Positions 52,554 to 58,052 of a stretch of 58,052 nt of DNA are shown here, one piece after another. The position numbers and the translations under genes are program-made. The first letter of the stretch is position 1; each line of letters starts with the position of its first letter. The DNA is taken from IMG/VR virus record IMGVR_UViG_3300009503_000396, positions 1 through 58,052 of that record; one strand, 5' to 3'. Origin of the DNA: a virus. Its lineage: Duplodnaviria; Caudoviricetes. The notes under the pieces were generated by a model. That model ran no database searches. It saw only the letters and a list, made by a program, of their open reading frames with translations, and was not told the origin of the DNA.

Positions 52554-54108
52554 TATCTGTATTGGATCAATAGTGAAGAACGCTTCTTCTTATCTTCCTA
52601 ACTTTCTCCAACAGATAGAGAACTTGGACTATCCAAAGGACAAGATACGACTATTGTTTGTGTATGGTGAGTCTCAAGACAATACATTGGAGATACTGAA
52701 GAACTGTAAACTAAACAGAGAGGTCTACGCTGAACAAAACATATGGCGAGGAGAAGGTGGACCAGAACTCCTTGCGGATGCTTGGAATGACATGTGCAGT
52801 ATCTGTACAGAAGACTACTTTGTTCATGCTTCTGCTGATTTGAAGTACATTCCACCAGATATCTTACAGAGACTTATAGCACACGACAAGGACATAGTAG
52901 CGCCATTCACATACATAGAGAATACCAACAAGTTCTTTGACACATATGTCTTTAGGATACGTGGGCAGAGGTTTCCAGAGAACATAAAACTAGAAGGACT
53001 GACAGAAGTTGATTCTGTTGGAACATTCATGGTGATAAAGAAGAAAGTGATTGAACAAGTAAAGTGGGAAAATCCTCATCCTCCTCTCCAGTTCTGTCAC
53101 AATGCAAGAAAGAAAGGATTTAAAGTCTACGTCGATCCTTCTATAGCTGTTATCCATCCTCTACCAACAATGGTTTGGAATCCTCGTTTTGTAACAGATG
53201 CTAAACGAAAAGTAGAAGATGTAGCTCTCTATGTACAGAAAGGACTTTTCACATATGACAATCTAAGACATATGAGAATATACATAAATGGCAAAGATCT
53301 TGTCCACCGAGCATCATTTCTTGGTACTGAGAAAGAAGAACCAATTGATGTCATCATGTTGAGTTACAACAATTTGGAACTGACAAGGCAAGCAATTGAG
53401 AGTCTATATGCACACACAAACTATCCTTTTAGACTTATAGTTGTTGACAATGCTTCTGATGATGGCACTCAGGAATACCTCAAGTCTTTGAAATATCCTA
53501 ACTTGACTCTTGTATTGGAACAAGAAAGAGACAGTGGATACTGTGAAGGAATGAACAAAGGCCTGAAAGAAGTAAAGTCTGAGATCTATGGAGTAGTGCA
53601 AAATGACATGATATTCTTTGAAGACAATTGGTTGAGAGAACTAGTATTGACAATCAACAGTGATCCAAAGATCGGGATAGTAAGTTGCAAACTGCTATAT
53701 CCAGATGGGACAATACAGTTTGGTGGTGGTACATTTGACCAGTTTGGTAATTGGTACCATGTTGGGAGAGGAAAACCAAAACTACTGTGTAGTACATTGC
53801 GAGAAATACCAGCAACAACATCTGCACTTATGTTAGTACGAAAACAAGCATTCTCTCACTTTGATGAGTCATACATTGGTGTAGCTTCATGGAATGATAT
53901 TGACATGAGTCTACGTGTACGTCAAGCTGGATGGAAAATAGTGTATTGTCCATTTGCTGAAGTAATACACTTGGAGAGTAAGACAGCACTGGCAGACATG
54001 AGAGAATTCCAAAAGCAATGGACAAACAACTCTAAACTGTTCTATTCACGTTGGTTGGAATTCTTGAAGAAAGACATGCAAGAACATCCGGAGTTGTACA
54101 TACCATGA
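52546..54108 (+). CDS. double-domain GT2-type glycosyltransferase
   Basis: N-domain LDYPK..GESQDNT..EVDSVGT; C-domain VIMLSYN..VVDNASDDGT..QNDM..DID.SLR; TTG start after GGAGG. Confidence 0.88.
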   Translation: MHSICIGSIVKNASSYLPNFLQQIENLDYPKDKIRLLFVYGESQDNTLEILKNCKLNREVYAEQNIWRGEGGPELLADAWNDMCSICTEDYFVHASADLKYIPPDILQRLIAHDKDIVAPFTYIENTNKFFDTYVFRIRGQRFPENIKLEGLTEVDSVGTFMVIKKKVIEQVKWENPHPPLQFCHNARKKGFKVYVDPSIAVIHPLPTMVWNPRFVTDAKRKVEDVALYVQKGLFTYDNLRHMRIYINGKDLVHRASFLGTEKEEPIDVIMLSYNNLELTRQAIESLYAHTNYPFRLIVVDNASDDGTQEYLKSLKYPNLTLVLEQERDSGYCEGMNKGLKEVKSEIYGVVQNDMIFFEDNWLRELVLTINSDPKIGIVSCKLLYPDGTIQFGGGTFDQFGNWYHVGRGKPKLLCSTLREIPATTSALMLVRKQAFSHFDESYIGVASWNDIDMSLRVRQAGWKIVYCPFAEVIHLESKTALADMREFQKQWTNNSKLFYSRWLEFLKKDMQEHPELYIP

Positions 54109-55205
54109 AAGTTGGAATAATTGGAGTAGGGAAAGTAGGTTCTGCCATGATGGCTTGTTTTGCCAAACATGGACATGATGTCTTGGGATATGACATTAGA
54201 CCAAATCCTTTAGACAACGTTTCTAGGACAGAGAAAGACTTGGAACTCCTAGTTAAACAATACAACTTGAAACAGAGAATACGACCATTGAGAGAAGTAG
54301 TGGGACATTCAGAGATATTGTTCTTCATAGTACAGACACCTTCACAGCCAAGTGGTTTGTTCTCTATTAGTTTCCTAGAGAAAGCTGTCAGAGACTGTGC
54401 TAGAATAGACAAGAACAAAGTCTATGCAATAAACAGTACTGTTCCACCTGGAACATGTGAATACTTATCACGGTACTGTAAGAGACTTTACTACAATCCA
54501 CTCTACATAAGACTAGGAACAGTCATAGAAGACTTGGAGAAGATAAAGTTTGTACTCATAGGTTGCAGAGATACAAGTGAAAGACCTAGTGAACTGATAG
54601 AGTTTTGGAAGACAATATCTGAAGGAGAAGTCTTTGTCTCTGACTGGAAGACAGTTGAAGTTACGAAGATGACACTCAATCTGATAATGACAACAAACAT
54701 ATCTCTAATAAACAAGTTGGGAGAGATCTATAGAAAGAGTAATGCTGACTTTGGTTATCTGAAACAACTGTTGACATTAGACAAGAGATTCCAACTGGCT
54801 TCCTATACACCTGGACTAGGATATGGTGGTCCATGTCTGCCAAGAGATACACGAATGATGACATACTATTGCAGACAGATAGGAGTCAATGCTAATCTCT
54901 TCCAAGAAGTAGAGAACATCAACATGGAACAGATCCAACGAGTACTGGAATTGTGCAAAGAGTACAAACGAGTAGGTGTATATGGAATAGGATACAAAGT
55001 AGGTTCTGAAATACTTACTGACTCACAAGGGTGGATACTAGTACAGGAACTAAAGAAGCTGGGAAAGCATGTTGAGATATATGATCCTTATAATGCAGAA
55101 GAGTCTACAGTGAAGACGGAAGAAGAATTAGCTAAAAAGTCTGACATAATCATACTGACATTGCCATACAAGACAAGGATCAACGTGATAAACTTGTGGG
55201 AGTGA
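54105..55205 (+). CDS. UDP-glucose/GDP-mannose 6-dehydrogenase family
   Basis: KVGIIGVGKVG, VQTP, STVPPGT, GYGGPCLPRD. Confidence 0.92.
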   Translation: MKVGIIGVGKVGSAMMACFAKHGHDVLGYDIRPNPLDNVSRTEKDLELLVKQYNLKQRIRPLREVVGHSEILFFIVQTPSQPSGLFSISFLEKAVRDCARIDKNKVYAINSTVPPGTCEYLSRYCKRLYYNPLYIRLGTVIEDLEKIKFVLIGCRDTSERPSELIEFWKTISEGEVFVSDWKTVEVTKMTLNLIMTTNISLINKLGEIYRKSNADFGYLKQLLTLDKRFQLASYTPGLGYGGPCLPRDTRMMTYYCRQIGVNANLFQEVENINMEQIQRVLELCKEYKRVGVYGIGYKVGSEILTDSQGWILVQELKKLGKHVEIYDPYNAEESTVKTEEELAKKSDIIILTLPYKTRINVINLWE

Positions 55206-55209
55206 GAAA

Positions 55210-56283
55210 ATGAAACTAGCACTTGTTTCTACATGGGATACTGTCTGTGGTATAGCTTTCTATGCTCATCAGTACATGGAATGTATGCAACGACATGGTG
55301 TAAAAGTTAAAGTCTTCTCTGAGAAGGATCTGCCTAATGTACCTAACATCCAAACACCCAAGACAATACCATTTGAAAAGGCATGGAGTAGATATGACAG
55401 AGACTGGTTAGAGATGGCAAAGAAGATAATTGGTTGGAAGGCAGATGTTGTTCTAATTATCCATGAGGCAGGAATGTTTGGTACGGACACACGTATGAAA
55501 CAACTTGTTTCGACACTACAACAGGCAGGCATCAAAGTCTTCATAGACATTCAGTGTCCAGACTTGAAAGGATATTATGAAAGTCTAGATGCCAATGGAT
55601 ACATATGTACTACATGTCCCTCTGAAGCTTATGTTCCAAGAGGAAGAACACTTGTAATTCCATTGCCAGTAAGAGTATACCCAGAGATTTCAAAAGAAGA
55701 GAGTAGACAAGTACTAGGAATTCCAAGAAATATCCAGATGGGACTAGTAACTGGATTCTTGAGAGCAGCTACTGGAATACCAGAAATAGTCTCTGCATGG
55801 AAGGATGTAGTACAAGCATACCCCACAGCTAGATTGTACTTTGCTGGTGGGATACATCCTTTCGATACAGACTATTGGTTACAACAAGGAAAGGAACTTG
55901 TCAAACAACTGCGTCTAGAGAACAATGTCTTCTTTACTGAGAAGATACATACAGATGAGGAACTGATGTTGTTTGGTGCTGCAACTGATGTCTTTCTTAA
56001 CTACAGACTACGTTCCAATCCAGCAATAGTAGGTGGTGCTATAATGAGAGCGATTTCTTCAAGGAGACCAGCTATAGTATATGACTGTGCACCAGTAGCA
56101 ATATTGAACAAAGGAGTAATCAGAGTAAGAAGTGTGGAGGAAATGACTCAAGCAATCGTCAAAGTTTTTAGTGATCCAATGTTAGAGAGACAACTGACAG
56201 ATGAAATGAGAGAGTTATATGCAGAACGTAATTGGGAAGTAATTGTACCACAGATAATAAAGTTCATGGAGGAAACACCTTGA
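55210..56283 (+). CDS. GT4-family glycosyltransferase
   Basis: STW...CGIA.Y; GFL...G; HP; GA...A. Confidence 0.75.
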   Translation: MKLALVSTWDTVCGIAFYAHQYMECMQRHGVKVKVFSEKDLPNVPNIQTPKTIPFEKAWSRYDRDWLEMAKKIIGWKADVVLIIHEAGMFGTDTRMKQLVSTLQQAGIKVFIDIQCPDLKGYYESLDANGYICTTCPSEAYVPRGRTLVIPLPVRVYPEISKEESRQVLGIPRNIQMGLVTGFLRAATGIPEIVSAWKDVVQAYPTARLYFAGGIHPFDTDYWLQQGKELVKQLRLENNVFFTEKIHTDEELMLFGAATDVFLNYRLRSNPAIVGGAIMRAISSRRPAIVYDCAPVAILNKGVIRVRSVEEMTQAIVKVFSDPMLERQLTDEMRELYAERNWEVIVPQIIKFMEETP

Positions 56284-56924
56284 CATTGGAATGGAAAGGA
56301 AAGAAAGTAACATCATACCATAAAGATCTACCTCTTTGTTTGAGAGACAAAGAAGGACAACTTGAATTTGAAGACATTTGGACACCAGACAAGAACTGGA
56401 TAGTTGTGGATGTAGGAGCACATATTGGACTGTTTACACTGATGGTAGCAGACAAGGTAAGTAAAGTCTATGCATTAGAACCAATGAGCCAAGCAAGGAA
56501 CTCACTGACAAGAAACTTGGAGATAAACAATATAACTAATGTAGTTGTGTTAGAGAAAGCACTTTCAACGTATGATGGACAGATGAAACTCTGGTTGGAT
56601 GAATGGGGTTCTGGAGGTCATACTGCTCTCAAATATATGTTCAAGTACTTTGAAGAAGTTCCTTGTATAACTTGGGACACATTCTGCAAGACATTTGATC
56701 TACGACAAATTGACTTGTTAAAGATACACACTGAAGGAACAGAACTGGAACTATTGAAGAGTATAAACAACAATCTTCCAAAGAGGATAATCATTGCATG
56801 GTGGCATGGATATGAGTACACAGACTTTAGTAAACAGAAAGAAGAACTGATCTCTGAACTAAAGAAGAAAGGATATGTCATTAGGAAAGAAACAAAGGAG
56901 AACTTGTTTGGTGAGCTGACTTGA
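56280..56924 (+). CDS. FkbM-family methyltransferase
   Basis: VVDVGAHIG, ALEP, IDLLKIHTEGTE. Confidence 0.88.
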   Translation: MTLEWKGKKVTSYHKDLPLCLRDKEGQLEFEDIWTPDKNWIVVDVGAHIGLFTLMVADKVSKVYALEPMSQARNSLTRNLEINNITNVVVLEKALSTYDGQMKLWLDEWGSGGHTALKYMFKYFEEVPCITWDTFCKTFDLRQIDLLKIHTEGTELELLKSINNNLPKRIIIAWWHGYEYTDFSKQKEELISELKKKGYVIRKETKENLFGELT

Positions 56925-57832
56925 GGATATGTGTTCCAGTCTGGCACTTGCATGTCCTAGACCATTTAGCACAATTGTTCCCTGAACATCAGTTTGTTGT
57001 ATGGGGTACTGGAAGACTAGGAGACTTTGGCTATCCACATGCTACTAACATCTACCAAGTATTTAGACCTTGGAATGAAGTAAAGTATGAGCAGTTTGAT
57101 CTGTTGTTGGATGCAGCAGAGGCAGAGAACTGGACACCAAACTACTTTGAAGTGACAAGGCATATACGTATGCCAAGAGTTATCTCTGTAACCTACTCAA
57201 GGACTCCACACCACTTGGACTACTACAAGGAATTTGAAGAATACCCTAAAGTCTTTGAAGATACTGAAACAATGAAAATATGGAATATGAAGAACTCACA
57301 TGTCATCTATCACTGTCCTCTTCTTTTCTACAATGCCAAGTGGTTAGGGAATGAAACCAAGTTGTTTACTGTCTACAACTACTACAAACGAAATCGTCTG
57401 TTCTCGAAAGATGAAGAATTCTATGTTCAATTAGAGAAACACTTACCACTAGTTGTACACGATGGAAGCATAGACTTTATCTCTGAGGAAGAACTAGTCA
57501 AGAAATATGCCACACACCGTTGTTTTGTAGATGGATCAGTTGAGAGACGTATGACAAATGCATTTCTACAAGCGCTTGCATTGGGCATGCCTTGCATAGT
57601 TGTCAAGTCTACTCATGACAATAACAAGATGGTGATAGACAAGAAGAGTGGATTTATTGTCTCCAATGTAGAAGAAGCTATTGAACGTGGAAGAGTATTG
57701 TTGGAGGACAAGAATCTAGCAGAAGAGTTTCACAATGTAGCATTACAAGTACGAGAAGACTTTATAAACCCGAACATGTGTAAAAAGAACTGGACTGAGT
57801 TGTTTGAAGAGGCCTTGGTGATTGGACCATGA
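56921..57832 (+). CDS. GT-B glycosyltransferase-like protein
   Basis: [17 protein letters not shown]; in glycan cluster. Confidence 0.7.
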   Translation: MRICVPVWHLHVLDHLAQLFPEHQFVVWGTGRLGDFGYPHATNIYQVFRPWNEVKYEQFDLLLDAAEAENWTPNYFEVTRHIRMPRVISVTYSRTPHHLDYYKEFEEYPKVFEDTETMKIWNMKNSHVIYHCPLLFYNAKWLGNETKLFTVYNYYKRNRLFSKDEEFYVQLEKHLPLVVHDGSIDFISEEELVKKYATHRCFVDGSVERRMTNAFLQALALGMPCIVVKSTHDNNKMVIDKKSGFIVSNVEEAIERGRVLLEDKNLAEEFHNVALQVREDFINPNMCKKNWTELFEEALVIGP

Positions 57833-58052
57833 AGGTACTTGTAACTGGTGGTTGTGGATTCATTGGAAGTCATCTTGCGAAGAGACTGTACAATGAAGGA
57901 CATGATGTAACAATAGTTGACATACAAGAGAATCCTTACATGAAGTACAAGTACTACACAAAGAAAGTCATTGGAGATCTACGTGATGCTAGAGTTGCAC
58001 TGAAAGTGACGAAAGGAATGGATCGTGTATATCACTTGGCTGCCAACATGGG
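57829..58052 (+). CDS. NAD-dependent nucleotide-sugar epimerase (GDP-mannose 3,5-epimerase-like), 3' truncated
   Basis: Manual translation [16 protein letters not shown]...GDLRD...VYHLAANM. Confidence 0.85.
   Translation, partial: MKVLVTGGCGFIGSHLAKRLYNEGHDVTIVDIQENPYMKYKYYTKKVIGDLRDARVALKVTKGMDRVYHLAANM

Noticed and set aside
338-57927. All minus-strand ORFs in the track
   Set aside because: They lie antisense to well-supported + strand genes and show the S/F/L-rich composition of shadow frames

Overview
This 58-kb window has densely packed genes, essentially all on the + strand, with GGAGG/GGTGA Shine-Dalgarno sites and TATA-box promoters. It reads as part of a large archaeal dsDNA virus, or a virus-like extrachromosomal element; no virion structural genes were recognised here. 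A ribosomal protein eS30 homologue, a eukaryote-type topoisomerase IB, a short-form XPF nuclease and a secreted Ig-like protein resembling a Bathyarchaeia family point to a TACK-type host, probably Bathyarchaeia (inference). From 1 to 15 kb there are dozens of small, often Cys-rich ORFs including paralogue families, GP88, eS30 followed by a run of RNA hairpins, a canonical-looking bulge-helix-bulge element, FeoA, a ParB-like protein and NrdH. From 15 to 23 kb there is a MoxR-type AAA+/HExxH peptidase/VWA module, a GNAT, RNase HI and TopoIB. From 23 to 40 kb there is an amidinotransferase (two inteins) with a pyruvoyl PSD-like decarboxylase, ClpP, nucleotide-pool enzymes and a class II RNR. From 40 to 48 kb there is a replication/recombination block (DHH, SSB-like, RadA-like, XPF, PolB, apparently inactivated PriS). 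From 48 to 58 kb there is a glycan-synthesis cluster. Six LAGLIDADG inteins are present, one ending in Gln. The most novel signals are the eS30 plus structured-RNA/BHB locus, the split zinc ribbon in the peptidase-VWA pair, the dead primase and the amidinotransferase-decarboxylase operon. All family calls are by motif recognition only; no database searches or folding programs were run.
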